This document shows, in pieces, positions 24,941 through 34,552 of a DNA stretch of 64,000 nucleotides. The DNA comes from Oscillospiraceae bacterium. Lineage in GTDB: Bacteria; Bacillota; Clostridia; Oscillospirales; Ruminococcaceae. The DNA is taken from positions 3,297 through 67,296 of the forward strand of contig JAAWDH010000020.1 of the NCBI GenBank assembly GCA_022793675.1, written 5' to 3'. The stretch's first letter is position 1, and each line of letters opens with the position of its first letter. The notes under the pieces are model-generated. The model was not told where the DNA came from. It did no database searches and saw only the letters and a program-made list of their open reading frames with translations. The position numbers were made by a program, and so were the translations under genes.

Positions 24941-26062
24941 ATGGACCAGACAGTTTATCAAAAGCTCCTCTCCCCGCTGTCCCTGGAAGAGGCGGAAGGG
25001 CGTATCCGCAAAGCCGGCGCGGCGCTGACAACCTGGTATAAGGCCGCAGCCCGCGACCTTCCCTGGCGCAGGACAAAGGACCCTTATGCTATCTGGGTAT
25101 CGGAGGTTATGCTGCAGCAGACCCGGGTCGAAACCGTCATTCCGTACTACCGGCGCTTTTTGTCGGCGCTGCCGGATATCAAGGCGCTGGCGGAAGCAGA
25201 TGAGATGCAGCTGCATAAACTCTGGGAAGGGCTGGGCTATTATTCCCGCGTCCGCAACCTGCAGCGGGCCGCCCGGCAGATAATGGCTGATTACGGCGGC
25301 GTTATGCCCCAGAGTAGGGACGCCCTGCTTAGCCTCTGCGGCATTGGCAGCTACACCGCGGGGGCAGTTGCTTCGATTGCCTTCGGCGAGCGGACGCCGG
25401 CTGTGGACGGCAATGTGCTGCGGGTGGTATCAAGGCTGCTGGCGGCAGAAGGGGACATCCTTTCCCCCAGCGTGCGCAAAGGGGTTGAAGCGCTGCTGCT
25501 AAGCCAGATGCCCGACGATGCCGGCAGCTTCAACCAAGCGGTGATGGATTTGGGGGCAGGCGTCTGCCTGCCGAACGGCGCGCCGGAATGCGCCGCCTGC
25601 CCGGTCTGCGATTGCTGTCTTGCCGCCCAGCGCGGGCAGCAGCTTGCCTTCCCAGTCAAGGCCCCAAAGGCCAAACGGCGGATAGAAGAACGCACCGTAT
25701 TCCTGATCCGCACCGCAGCAGGGGAAACGCTGCTGCGCCGGCGGCCGGAGGAAGGGCTGCTGGCGGGGCTGTGGGAGTTCCCAAACGAAGAAGGGCGCCT
25801 GGGCCGGGAAGAAGCGGCGGCGCTGCTGGCTGGGCGGGGTATCCGCCCCCAGAAGCTCCAGACGCTGGGGAAATCAAAGCATATCTTCACGCATCTGGAA
25901 TGGCAGATGGCCGGGTACCTGGCCATCTGCGGCGATGTCCCGCTGCAGCCCGGCGAAGTGCTGGCTACAGATAGGGAACGGCGGCAGGCTTATACCATCC
26001 CCAGCGCTTTCGACGCTTACAAGCAGGTGCTGGACAGCATTGCAAAGGAGAAAGGGATATGA
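24941..26062 (+). CDS. mutY: A/G-specific adenine DNA glycosylase
   Basis: WYKAAARDLPWR..DPYAIWVSEVMLQQTRV, an HhH-GPD core, an Fe-S cluster loop CLPNGAPECAACPVCDCC and a C-terminal NUDIX-like domain. ATG 24941. Confidence 0.9.
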   Translation: MDQTVYQKLLSPLSLEEAEGRIRKAGAALTTWYKAAARDLPWRRTKDPYAIWVSEVMLQQTRVETVIPYYRRFLSALPDIKALAEADEMQLHKLWEGLGYYSRVRNLQRAARQIMADYGGVMPQSRDALLSLCGIGSYTAGAVASIAFGERTPAVDGNVLRVVSRLLAAEGDILSPSVRKGVEALLLSQMPDDAGSFNQAVMDLGAGVCLPNGAPECAACPVCDCCLAAQRGQQLAFPVKAPKAKRRIEERTVFLIRTAAGETLLRRRPEEGLLAGLWEFPNEEGRLGREEAAALLAGRGIRPQKLQTLGKSKHIFTHLEWQMAGYLAICGDVPLQPGEVLATDRERRQAYTIPSAFDAYKQVLDSIAKEKGI

Positions 26063-26607
26063 ATGGGATTAGGGAAGCGGCGCAGGCTGCGCTGACAGAG
26101 CTGTTGGCGGCGGCAAAACTCCGGCAGGGGGAAATCGTCGTCGTCGGCTGTAGTTCCAGCGAAATCTTAGGCAGCCGGATCGGTTCGGTCGGGAGCTTGG
26201 AGGCCGCGGAAGCAGTCTATCAGGGGTTTGCACCGGTACTGGCTGAACAGGGCCTTTATCTTGCCGCCCAGTGCTGCGAGCATCTGAACCGGGCGCTGGT
26301 GGTTGAGCGGGCGGCTGCCGAGCGCTATGGCCTTGACGAGGTAAACGCCGTCCCGCAGATGCACGCCGGCGGCTCCTTTGCAACTGTAGCTTACAGCCGT
26401 ATGCGGGAGCCTGTGCTGGTGGAGCGGGTGCGGGCTGCGGCGGGTTTGGATATTGGCGGCACGCTGATCGGGATGCATCTGAAAGAGGTGGTGGTACCGG
26501 TGCGGGTCAGTATTGATAAAATCGGCGAGGCCACTTTGGTCTTAGCGCGGACACGGCCGAAATATGTCGGCGGCATCCGCGCGGCCTATAACGAGGCGCT
26601 GGAATAA
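26059..26607 (+). CDS. TIGR01440/UPF0340 family protein
   Basis: 182 aa. ...GEIVVVGCSSSEILGSRIG...AAQCCEHLNRALVVER... matches the UPF0340 (YwlG-like) pattern from memory. Confidence 0.75.
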   Translation: MNGIREAAQAALTELLAAAKLRQGEIVVVGCSSSEILGSRIGSVGSLEAAEAVYQGFAPVLAEQGLYLAAQCCEHLNRALVVERAAAERYGLDEVNAVPQMHAGGSFATVAYSRMREPVLVERVRAAAGLDIGGTLIGMHLKEVVVPVRVSIDKIGEATLVLARTRPKYVGGIRAAYNEALE

Positions 26608-26623
26608 TAGGGTGACCTAGGAC

Positions 26624-27091
26624 ATGGATATTTATGAACTCGGCAAAAAATACGAAAGCTTGCTGCGTCCGGTGTTCGGCGATAATTTTCGCCTGGATGA
26701 CAGCGAAGCAGATAAGGATTGGCTTGCTATTATCCTTGACGGCGGACAGGAAGACTTTATATTTTCCCTTTATGGGACAGGCTGCGTCCGGCTGTACTGG
26801 CAAAACGAATGCTTTATTTTTGACAAGCGCCGGGACAGCCTCGTTTCTTCCGATACCTACGGCGAGATTGTATACGAGGAAGGTTTTGACGAGGAAGCGC
26901 TGCCAGGGCTGGTTGCGGCGCTAATCTTGCAGCTGAAAGATTGTACTTATATCGGCAAAACAGAGACCGTCAAAGGGAAAACCCTATTCGGTTATGACGA
27001 TATCAAGGACTATCTTGTGACAGCAAAAACCGCAAATCCTCCCCAACGCCCATACCGGCTCGGCAACATTACGATTACTTATGAAAAATAA
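26624..27091 (+). CDS. hypothetical protein
   Basis: 155-aa ORF followed by an intrinsic terminator. No family recognised. Confidence 0.55.
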   Translation: MDIYELGKKYESLLRPVFGDNFRLDDSEADKDWLAIILDGGQEDFIFSLYGTGCVRLYWQNECFIFDKRRDSLVSSDTYGEIVYEEGFDEEALPGLVAALILQLKDCTYIGKTETVKGKTLFGYDDIKDYLVTAKTANPPQRPYRLGNITITYEK

Positions 27092-27094
27092 AAT

Positions 27095-27128
27095 GCCTTC
27101 CAGGCCGTTAAGCCCAGAAGGCGTTTTT
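27095..27128 (+). terminator. terminator after the 26624-27091 ORF
   Basis: GCCTTC...GAAGGC stem with an inner GGC/GCC helix, then GTTTTT. Confidence 0.6.
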
Positions 27129-27141
27129 GCTGGCGCTGCCG

Positions 27142-28131
27142 TTATTTTTTCCGGTTGCCTATAGCCTTTATGATGCAGAGGACAGCGGGATAGAGGACGC
27201 CCGCGACGGCCCAGATAACCCAGCTGTACTGCCAGGAATTAGTAGGCAGGCTAATTGCCAGAAAAATCGCGGTAACCGCCATCCAGTAAGCGGTGGAGAA
27301 GGCAGACAGCACCCCTTTTCCCCGTTTTTCCCGCCGGGAGTATTCGCCTTCTTCCAGTAAGCGTTCAAAGCTTCCCCAGATCGTGCCGTTATAGGTGAAT
27401 ATTGCCGCTCCTATCCCGGCAATCAAAAAGGTTAGGGCGAGCATTGCCACGAGAAACAGCGTGTTTTCGCTGAAAATTATGCCGCCGAAAAGTGGGAGCA
27501 GTGAGCCGACGCAAGCGGCCGCGCCGATGATGTTCAGGTGGGTGTGCGTGTCCTTGTAAAGGGCCTGTTGTTCTTTGACCAGCCCTGTCACGCCGTATTC
27601 GGTTTCGATATTTTCTGTTTCAAGGTAGTCGAAGGCGGATAGCTTGCTGCTATTGGCGATGAAAATCGCCACAGCCGCCGCGACAATCAAAATCATAACA
27701 ACCATACCGATCCCGCCGGCGGCGTTTTCCGACAGCCGCTTGGGGTATTGGCTGTTTATTGCGCCTAAAAACAGCAGGCAGACCGGCGACAGTACGCATA
27801 AAAGGACGCCCAAAGCCATCCATTTTGCCGAAGCAAGCTTCAGCGCCAGGAACTGCTGGGCTTCGGCCAGCGAAATCCGCCGGAGTTTCGGCGCATCTTC
27901 CGCCGGGATAGCGCCGACAGCCTCTGCCGTTTCCAGCTCATCCTTTAATAGGTAGTCGGTGGAAACGCCGAAGATTCGGGCCAGCTGCAAAATCTTTTCC
28001 AGCTCGGGCACTGATTGCGCGCCTTCCCATTTGGAAACAGACTGCCGGGTAACCCCCATCTGCTCAGCCAGGTCCTCCTGCGACCAGCCGCTCCTTTTGC
28101 GAAGCTCAATCAATTTGTCTGCAAAAATCAT
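27142..28131 (-). CDS. XRE-family HTH regulator fused to a multi-pass membrane domain
   Basis: N-terminus LRKRSGWSQEDLAEQMGVTRQSVSKWEGAQSVPELEKILQLARIFGVSTDYLL (Cro/C1 HTH), followed by about 5-6 TM helices. Confidence 0.85.
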   Translation of the reverse strand: MIFADKLIELRKRSGWSQEDLAEQMGVTRQSVSKWEGAQSVPELEKILQLARIFGVSTDYLLKDELETAEAVGAIPAEDAPKLRRISLAEAQQFLALKLASAKWMALGVLLCVLSPVCLLFLGAINSQYPKRLSENAAGGIGMVVMILIVAAAVAIFIANSSKLSAFDYLETENIETEYGVTGLVKEQQALYKDTHTHLNIIGAAACVGSLLPLFGGIIFSENTLFLVAMLALTFLIAGIGAAIFTYNGTIWGSFERLLEEGEYSRREKRGKGVLSAFSTAYWMAVTAIFLAISLPTNSWQYSWVIWAVAGVLYPAVLCIIKAIGNRKK

Positions 28132-28230
28132 GGTTCATCTCTCCTTGTCGGTTTTGATGAAACAAGTCTATCATTTTCCCCGGTTGCCTGCCACCAACCG
28201 CCGCCTTTCAATTTGTCAACCGCTGGTTGC

Positions 28231-28332
28231 GGGGGGTACGGGAGTACGGGTCGCTTTTGAAAAAGCTCCGCAAAACTTTTAATCGCGGGGCAGTCGTCAG
28301 CACTCACAAAACATCCTACAGCGTCGTGTAGG
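28231..28332 (+). repeat. half copy (A-B-x-H)
   Basis: GGGGGGTACGGGAGTACGGGTCGCTTTTGAAAAAGCTCCGCAAAACTTTTAATCGC...CCTACAGCGTCGTGTAGG. The A-B part is nearly identical to 38392-38440. Confidence 0.85.
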
Positions 28333-28386
28333 CTAGTAGCAATTATCGCCGCATTGATGAATAAAACGGAGAAGCAGTTCTGTCAG

Positions 28387-29298
28387 TTAGTTATCGGCAA
28401 AGTAGTCACTATCGATTCGTTTCAAATTATACGTTTTTTGAACAGAGACGCCAACCCCATGTTCAATCATCAGTTTAGTTAGCTGTTTGCCATCTACAAG
28501 AATGATGTGTTGGCTTTCGGCAAACTCTCTAGCTCCCTTGGAAAATTTTGCTGTTGTAATAAACAGTCCCTTTTCTACCTTGGGCGGCCCGGCCATTGCA
28601 CCTAAAAATTGCTGTATGTCCGATCGTTCGATAGTTCGCTCAGCCGCCCAACGCTTAGCCTGAACATAAATTAAATTAAAACCTAGTTTATCCTCATGAA
28701 TAATGCCATCAATTCCTCCATCATGGCTGTCCTGTGTTTTTAAACCGCTGCCGTAACCCATGGCTTCCATTAAATCTAACACAAGCTTTTCAAAAAAGTA
28801 AGGAGTTTGATCAAAAATTTCAGATAATAATTCTTCTGCCAACTGGTCGTTAAGCAATTGGTACATCCGCTCCATAGTTTCTTGAGGAGGAGTGTCTGTT
28901 TCTGAGTTAAAGCTAGAATCCGGAGGGGATGTTTTAGCTCCTTTCTTAGCAGCTCTAGCTCTTTCATGTTCTGCAAACTCTGGCGATGTTTCAATTAATA
29001 TGGCGTATGTAATTTCAATATTACGTTCGCACAACTGCTTTCCTCTTTCCGTAATTTTGAGATAGCCTCTCCTTGGGTTTTCAATCGCTTTTGCATTAAG
29101 TAGATTCGTTCTTGCCCATCCTATTAAACTAGCATATTGTGTCTGCTGACCACTTGCTACGCGTAAAGTTAATTCCTCTCCCGACAATTCCAATAAATCG
29201 GCAATACGTTCACGTACCTCTTTAAGTTCATGTTCTTTTTCGTCACTGAGTACTTTGAGGATGGGGAGGTGTAGAGCGATAATTTTTGGTAATGCCAT
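28387..29298 (-). CDS. mrr: Mrr-like type IV (modification-dependent) restriction endonuclease
   Basis: Mrr_N winged helix at the N-terminus. The C-terminal catalytic core DGGIDGIIHEDKLGFNLIYVQAKRW has a (D..D/E-x-K)-type motif. The gene is clearly AT-richer than its flanks. Confidence 0.8.
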   Translation of the reverse strand: MALPKIIALHLPILKVLSDEKEHELKEVRERIADLLELSGEELTLRVASGQQTQYASLIGWARTNLLNAKAIENPRRGYLKITERGKQLCERNIEITYAILIETSPEFAEHERARAAKKGAKTSPPDSSFNSETDTPPQETMERMYQLLNDQLAEELLSEIFDQTPYFFEKLVLDLMEAMGYGSGLKTQDSHDGGIDGIIHEDKLGFNLIYVQAKRWAAERTIERSDIQQFLGAMAGPPKVEKGLFITTAKFSKGAREFAESQHIILVDGKQLTKLMIEHGVGVSVQKTYNLKRIDSDYFADN

Positions 29299-29367
29299 GA
29301 TGTTGCCCTCTTTTCTTGAATTTTTATTTATATTTTACATGATTTTGTCGTTTGGTGCAACCCCTAT

Positions 29368-29979
29368 CTACTTTCTTTTTTCATCAGTCCACTGTTTCGC
29401 TTCCTCAAGCACCCGTTCCATATAGTCGTGCTTGCCGTCGGTGTAGGCAGTCTGGACGTTGCCGCATTCCTGGGCCAGCCTGGCTTTCAGCGCTTCGTAT
29501 TCCCTGGCCTTTTCGGGGAAAGCGTTCATGTAGTCCCTGAAGTCGACATAATTGTGCCATTGAAGGCTGTCATAAACGAGGATGTGTACCTGGCAGGTCC
29601 GGATATTGTCTTCGCTTTGGATAATATAGAGCAGGTTATTGCTGAAACGGTTGTGGGCTTTTTGGAAGCCGGCGGCCTCCAGCTGGGCGAGCACTGGCTC
29701 CAGCCCCTCAAGGCTCGCTGTTCCGACCGCAATGTCGAGGATGGGTTTAGCCTGGATACCGGCAATAGCAGTGCTGCCGATGTGCTGGATGTCCAGCGCG
29801 GCCGTCCCGAAAATCCCTTTCAGCTGGGCGATAATTTTTTCAGCTGCCGGTGCCCAGGCTTCTTGGTGCGGGACAATTTGTACTGTTCCGCGTTTCAGAC
29901 CGATAATGGGCAATTCCTTGTCTAGGTAATCCTGCCCCAGCGGCGTAAGCATCAGGCGCTCGGTTTTGATTTCAGTCAT
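29368..29979 (-). CDS. GrpB family protein (UPF0157)
   Basis: IQHIGSTAIAGIQAKPILDI and VHILVYDSLQWHNYVDFRDYM are typical GrpB motifs. Confidence 0.8.
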   Translation of the reverse strand: MTEIKTERLMLTPLGQDYLDKELPIIGLKRGTVQIVPHQEAWAPAAEKIIAQLKGIFGTAALDIQHIGSTAIAGIQAKPILDIAVGTASLEGLEPVLAQLEAAGFQKAHNRFSNNLLYIIQSEDNIRTCQVHILVYDSLQWHNYVDFRDYMNAFPEKAREYEALKARLAQECGNVQTAYTDGKHDYMERVLEEAKQWTDEKRK

Positions 29980-31339
29980 CTGTCTTTCCCCTTCGTGTCA
30001 GCAGCGCGGCGCATTCTACATGGCCTGTCCGCGGGAACAGGTCCACGCCGCGGTAGCGTTCGAGCCGATAGCCCTTTTCGCAGAGCATTTTCGCATCCCT
30101 GGCCGCAGTGGCGGGGTTGCAGGAGATCATCACCACTTTTTTGGGGGCCATCCGCAGGATGCTTTCCAGCACTTCGGCGCTGCAGCCCTTCCGGGGCGGG
30201 TCGATGATAACCACGTCCGGCGTTTCGCCCCGGTCGGCCAGCGCCTTTGCCGCTTCTCCGGCGTCGGCGCAGAGGAACTCTGCCTCCATCCCATTACGGC
30301 GGGCATTTTTCTGGGCGGAAGCCACCGCTTCGGCCACCACTTCGACGCCGATGAGCTTTTTTACCTGGCTGTAGGCCCCAAGCCCGATGGAACCGATGCC
30401 GCAGTAAAGGTCGAGCAGGCGTTCCTTTCCGGTAAAGCCGGCGTATTCATACGCCAGCCGGTAGAGCGTTTCGGCCTGCGGGCTGTTGACCTGGTAAAAG
30501 GCGGCTGCTGGGATGGAAAGCTGCACGTCAAGCAAAGTATCGTCAATACCATCCTTGCCGTAAAGCAGGATGCTGTGTTTCCCTAGGATGACGTTGGTCT
30601 TGTCGGCGTTGATGTTCAGCATCACGCTGACGATTTCCGGGAAGGCCGCCGTCAGCGCCTGGACAAACTCTTCTAAAAAGGGCACTTTGCGGCTGGTGGA
30701 GACCAGGCAGACCATCAGCTCGCCGCTTTTCGCCCCTTTCCGCAGGAACAGGTGCCGCAGAAGCCCTTTGCCGGTCGTTTCATCGTAGGCACTGACCTTG
30801 TAGCGCTCCATCAGCCCCAGCACCGTCCGCACCACCGGCCCGAACATCTCGTCCTGTAGCAGGCAGTCGTCTGCTTTGACCAGCCTGTGGCTGCGCCGGG
30901 CGTAGAACCCCGCCGTAGGCCGTCCGTCCTTATCCGTCCCCAGCGGGTACTGGGCCTTATTGCGGTAATGCTCCTGGGCGTCGCAGCCGATAATCGGTTC
31001 CGGCGTCAGCGCAAAGCCGCCCAGCCGTTGGAAGGCGTCCTGTACCGCCTTCCCCTTCAGCCGCAGCTCCTCCTCATAACGGATATGCCGGAAGGCGCAG
31101 CCGCCGCACTGGCGGAAAACAGGGCAGTCAACCGGCTGCCTGGCCGGCGACGGTGTAATCACCTGTTCCAAAATGCCGTATCCCACGTTTTTCTGCACTT
31201 TGACCGCCTTAAAACGGACCCTATCGCCGACAGCTGTCATCGGCACGAATACCGCAAAGCCGTCCACCCGGCAAAGCCCGCTGCCCTCCAGCGTCAAATC
31301 CTCTATGACAGCCTCATAGCTCTTATTTTTCTGGATCAC
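29972..31339 (-). CDS. 23S rRNA (uracil-5-)-methyltransferase RlmD/RumA family
   Basis: GTG 31339 lies behind AAGAAGGGGG. TRAM-like N-terminus, Fe-S Cys cluster (CPVFRQCGGCAFRH), SAM fold DLYCGIGSIGL and catalytic ISCNPAT. The upstream 147 codons of the ORF-track call look non-coding. Confidence 0.85.
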   Translation of the reverse strand: MIQKNKSYEAVIEDLTLEGSGLCRVDGFAVFVPMTAVGDRVRFKAVKVQKNVGYGILEQVITPSPARQPVDCPVFRQCGGCAFRHIRYEEELRLKGKAVQDAFQRLGGFALTPEPIIGCDAQEHYRNKAQYPLGTDKDGRPTAGFYARRSHRLVKADDCLLQDEMFGPVVRTVLGLMERYKVSAYDETTGKGLLRHLFLRKGAKSGELMVCLVSTSRKVPFLEEFVQALTAAFPEIVSVMLNINADKTNVILGKHSILLYGKDGIDDTLLDVQLSIPAAAFYQVNSPQAETLYRLAYEYAGFTGKERLLDLYCGIGSIGLGAYSQVKKLIGVEVVAEAVASAQKNARRNGMEAEFLCADAGEAAKALADRGETPDVVIIDPPRKGCSAEVLESILRMAPKKVVMISCNPATAARDAKMLCEKGYRLERYRGVDLFPRTGHVECAALLTRRGKTDD

Positions 31340-31430
31340 GATGTTTCCCCCTTCTTTGCAGCCTGCGGATAGGCGCTGAATAACGCAAGCCTGCTGCAAA
31401 AAAGCTGCGCAGCAGGCTTGCAAAGGCGGC

Positions 31431-33632
31431 TTATTCGCCTTCAGGTTTGGGATTGGTGCTGAAGCTGGGGCCGGTGGGCGGCGCGGAAGGCGCGTCCCCA
31501 TTCTCCTCCGACTCCTTCTGGTGGAGCGCGTCGCAGGGCTCCGGTTTGGCGTTGGTCTTATAGTAGCCCCTCGCCGTTTCAGGACAGGCCGAAGTGGCGG
31601 CCATGCCCGAAATCTTACAATATTCAATCTGGACGATATTCTCGCTGAGCGTAAAGTCCTTAACTTCCAGCCCCTCGTGCAGTTCCCGCATGACATTCGA
31701 CCAGACGGTATCGGTGTCGTACATACTCCGCCAAGGCAGCTCTTTGGGGGTGTCGTAACCCGTCCAAACCCCCGCGACATAATATGGGGTCAGCCCGACA
31801 AAACTCATATCGTTGTAATCCTGCGTCGTACCGGTCTTGCCGACGACAGGCATCGCCCCAATGTTGGATTCACGGCCGGTACCGCTTTGGGTGACCACCT
31901 GCAGCAGCCGGTTCATCACCGACGCCGTGTCCTCGCTGAAGGCGCGGGTCTTTTTGGGCGTATTATCAAGGATAACATTGCCGCTGGCGTCCTCAATGCG
32001 GGTATAGCTGACCGGGCTGTAATAGACGCCGCCGTTGCCGAAGGGCAGGTACGCCGCTGTCAGCTCCCGCAGGTAAATGCCGTCGGTCAGCGACCCCAGC
32101 GCCAGCGAAGGGCCGAAGTCATTGTGATCGCCGCTGGTGACCAGCGTGGAAATGCCCAGCTTTTTCTGCATGAAGCTGATGCTCTTTTCCGTCGTCAGCT
32201 GCTGCAAGATCTTAACAGGGATGGTATTGCGGGAAATCCGCAGCGCTTCCACTACCGTCATATCGCCGCGGTAATCCATCTCATAGTTTTTAGGCCAATC
32301 CCGGCCGTTAATTTTCATCACCGGGCCGTCGTTGAGCACCGTCGACCAGTTGATAATATCGTACTCCAGCGCTGGGCCGTAGACAGCCAGCGGCTTGATA
32401 GAAGAGCCGGAAGGCCGTTTGGCCATCGTCGCGCGGTTAAAGCTTAAGGTCTGGGTTTTCTCCCCCTTGCCGCCGACAACTGCCAGCACATGGCCGTTAT
32501 AATCCATAATCACAAAGGCGGACTCCGGGATCTCCCCATTTTCATTGGGCGTCAGCTCCGCCGCCGAGAAGGTCGCCGGGTCGTTGTATTTCTCCTCCAA
32601 ATAATGCTGCATCTGCTGGTTTTCGGTCATATAAATCCGGTAGCCGCCGTTGCGCAGCATATAATTGGCATAATTGCGCGACCAGTCGTTATGCTCGCTC
32701 AGGTCGGCAATCACGTCCTCAATGACCATATCGGTGAAGTAGGAAGTAACCCCCTGTTGGGTTGCGCCGCCGGAAGAAGCGCCGCTATTGTTGGTTCGCT
32801 TTACCGCGACAACCGGCTCGGCGCAATACTTTTCATATTCCGCTTCGGTGATATAGCCGCTGTTCAGCATACATTCCAGCGCATAATTCCGATAAATTTT
32901 GGCATTCTCCGGGTGCAGGTCGGGCCGGCGCTTGTTGGGCGAACGGGTCATCCCCGCCAGTGTCGCCGCCTGGGGGACGGTCAGGTCCATGGCGCTGCAG
33001 CCGAAATAATACTGGCTTGCCGCCTCTACGCCGTAGACGTTGCCGCCTAGGAAGAGGATATTTAAGTAACAGGTTAAAATCTCATCTTTTGTGTAATTGC
33101 GTTCCAGCTCCAGCGCGCGGAAAATCTCCCGCAGCTTGCGCACCGGTGTCACCTCGTCGTCCTTCGTGACATTCTTGATCACCTGCTGGGTGATGGTGGA
33201 GCCGCCCTGGTTCTCCCCTTTAAAAATCATCTTAAGGGATACGCCGATCGTGCGGTACCAGTCCACCCCTTCGTGGTTATAGAAACGCTTGTCCTCGATG
33301 GCCACATAGGCATCTTTAAGAAGCTGGGGGATTTCGCTGCTGCTGACCTCGATGCGGTTTTGGTCGCCGGACATCCGGAACAGCTCTTCAGGCTGCCCGT
33401 TCTGGTCGTTGGCGTAGAACATCGTTGTGAAGCTGAGGTTGACGTTGTCCAGGTTGACGTTGGTGTCGGTCTCCATAAAGTTCATCACATAGATGGTCAT
33501 GGCCGCTGCCACGATACATCCGGTGATGACGCAGATCAAGAAAACCGTCGCCAGCAGCCTTCCCACTTGGCTGACGCCGAATTTCAGGAATCGCAGCACT
33601 TTTTTGGTGCTGCGGTTTTTGACTGTGCTCAA
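31431..33632 (-). CDS. class A penicillin-binding protein (PBP1A family: GT51 transglycosylase + transpeptidase)
   Basis: TTG start behind GGGAGGG. GT51 motifs EDKRFYNHEGVD, GGSTITQQ and RKLREI. Transpeptidase motifs SGSSIKP (SxxK) and KTGTT. Confidence 0.9.
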   Translation of the reverse strand: MSTVKNRSTKKVLRFLKFGVSQVGRLLATVFLICVITGCIVAAAMTIYVMNFMETDTNVNLDNVNLSFTTMFYANDQNGQPEELFRMSGDQNRIEVSSSEIPQLLKDAYVAIEDKRFYNHEGVDWYRTIGVSLKMIFKGENQGGSTITQQVIKNVTKDDEVTPVRKLREIFRALELERNYTKDEILTCYLNILFLGGNVYGVEAASQYYFGCSAMDLTVPQAATLAGMTRSPNKRRPDLHPENAKIYRNYALECMLNSGYITEAEYEKYCAEPVVAVKRTNNSGASSGGATQQGVTSYFTDMVIEDVIADLSEHNDWSRNYANYMLRNGGYRIYMTENQQMQHYLEEKYNDPATFSAAELTPNENGEIPESAFVIMDYNGHVLAVVGGKGEKTQTLSFNRATMAKRPSGSSIKPLAVYGPALEYDIINWSTVLNDGPVMKINGRDWPKNYEMDYRGDMTVVEALRISRNTIPVKILQQLTTEKSISFMQKKLGISTLVTSGDHNDFGPSLALGSLTDGIYLRELTAAYLPFGNGGVYYSPVSYTRIEDASGNVILDNTPKKTRAFSEDTASVMNRLLQVVTQSGTGRESNIGAMPVVGKTGTTQDYNDMSFVGLTPYYVAGVWTGYDTPKELPWRSMYDTDTVWSNVMRELHEGLEVKDFTLSENIVQIEYCKISGMAATSACPETARGYYKTNAKPEPCDALHQKESEENGDAPSAPPTGPSFSTNPKPEGE

Positions 33633-33930
33633 AATTTTCCCTCCCTTGCGGCCGTAAGCCGCCTTTTGGTTTTTTTCTGCGGCCGGATTGTTCCGGTTCG
33701 CCTTATCAGCGTTTTAGGTTGGTTTGCGCTGAGGCCCGCCGCAGGGCAGTCAGGATACTCTTTTATAGTATACCACATTTTCTGCTGAATGTTAACCCCT
33801 AAATATTTCAAAGGAATGAATCCCCTATAAAAAAGCTGGAAATTTTGTTCCAGCCTCTTTGCATAAACCGCCTTTTTTTGCCCAGACTTTTGATCGAAAA
33901 AACTCCTTAATCAAGAAAGGAAGGATCGCC

Positions 33931-34284
33931 ATGAAACAGCTCCGTCCGCCGCCTGCCCGCAAGCAGGACCCTTACAGAAAGCACCTGATCGCCGCATCCG
34001 TTCTACTGGCCGCGGCAGTTCTGCTCTTTGCAGCCGCCGTCTGCTTCCTTTTCTGGGGCGGGCAGCTGCTGGGGGAACCGCCCGAACAGCCGGCCTCTTT
34101 TTGTTACAGGCTTGGCGTATATGAAGACAGGCTGGCTGTCTACACTGGCAGCAGCACCCGCCCCGACCGCATCCTAGACATCCCGCTTTCGTCGCTGCCG
34201 GAAGGCGACCAGCGCCTGTTGCAGCAGGGCATCGACCTGGACAGCGAGGAAGCGCTGCGCCAGGCTATCGAAGACTTTTTCTAA
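33931..34284 (+). CDS. membrane-anchored small protein (possible BofC-N-like fold, weak)
   Basis: ATG 33931 lies behind AAAGGAAGG. One TM helix, then LGVYEDRLAVYTG...LPEGDQRLLQQGIDLDSEEALRQAIEDF. A terminator follows. Confidence 0.55.
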   Translation: MKQLRPPPARKQDPYRKHLIAASVLLAAAVLLFAAAVCFLFWGGQLLGEPPEQPASFCYRLGVYEDRLAVYTGSSTRPDRILDIPLSSLPEGDQRLLQQGIDLDSEEALRQAIEDFF

Positions 34285-34305
34285 AAGCATACTCAAATCT
34301 AAAAA

Positions 34306-34346
34306 GGGAGGCCTTCGCAGGGCTTCCCTTTTGGTCTGTTTTTTGG
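34306..34346 (+). terminator. terminator after the 33931-34284 ORF
   Basis: GGGAGGCC-loop-GGCTTCCC, then TTTTGGTCTGTTTTTT. Confidence 0.7.
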
Positions 34347-34551
34347 AAGGGGATTTCGCTCGCTGCGGCGAGCGACCAAGGGCTCTGCCCTGGACCCGCT
34401 CAAGGGGCGCGCCCCTTGAGAATCCCAATCCTTGGCAACATTAGGAACTTGTTTTCGACGCAGTAGGCGTGCGGGTCTGTGCTGACGTGTATCCGGGCGA
34501 TTAAAAGTTTTGCGGAGCTTTTTCAAAAGCGACCGTACTCCCGTACCCCCC
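34347..34551. repeat. composite copy (D-head, 22-bp perfect palindrome, H'-B'-A'), ends 1 nt from the glnN stop
   Basis: GAAGGGGATTTCGCTCGCTGCGGCGAGCGACCAAGGGC..., then CTCAAGGGGCGCGCCCCTTGAG (34399-34420), then CGACGCAGTAGGCGTGC...CCGGGCGATTAAAAGTTTTGCGGAGCTTTTTCAAAAGCGACCGTACTCCCGTACCCCCC. Confidence 0.85.
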
Positions 34552-34552
34552 G

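Noticed and set aside
31340-31780. N-terminal 147-codon extension of the RlmD/RumA ORF in the track (602 aa)
   Set aside because: The extension is Arg/Pro/Ser-rich with no homology pattern, and it overlaps the PBP gene 3' region. GTG 31339 with a strong RBS gives the canonical ~455-aa protein.
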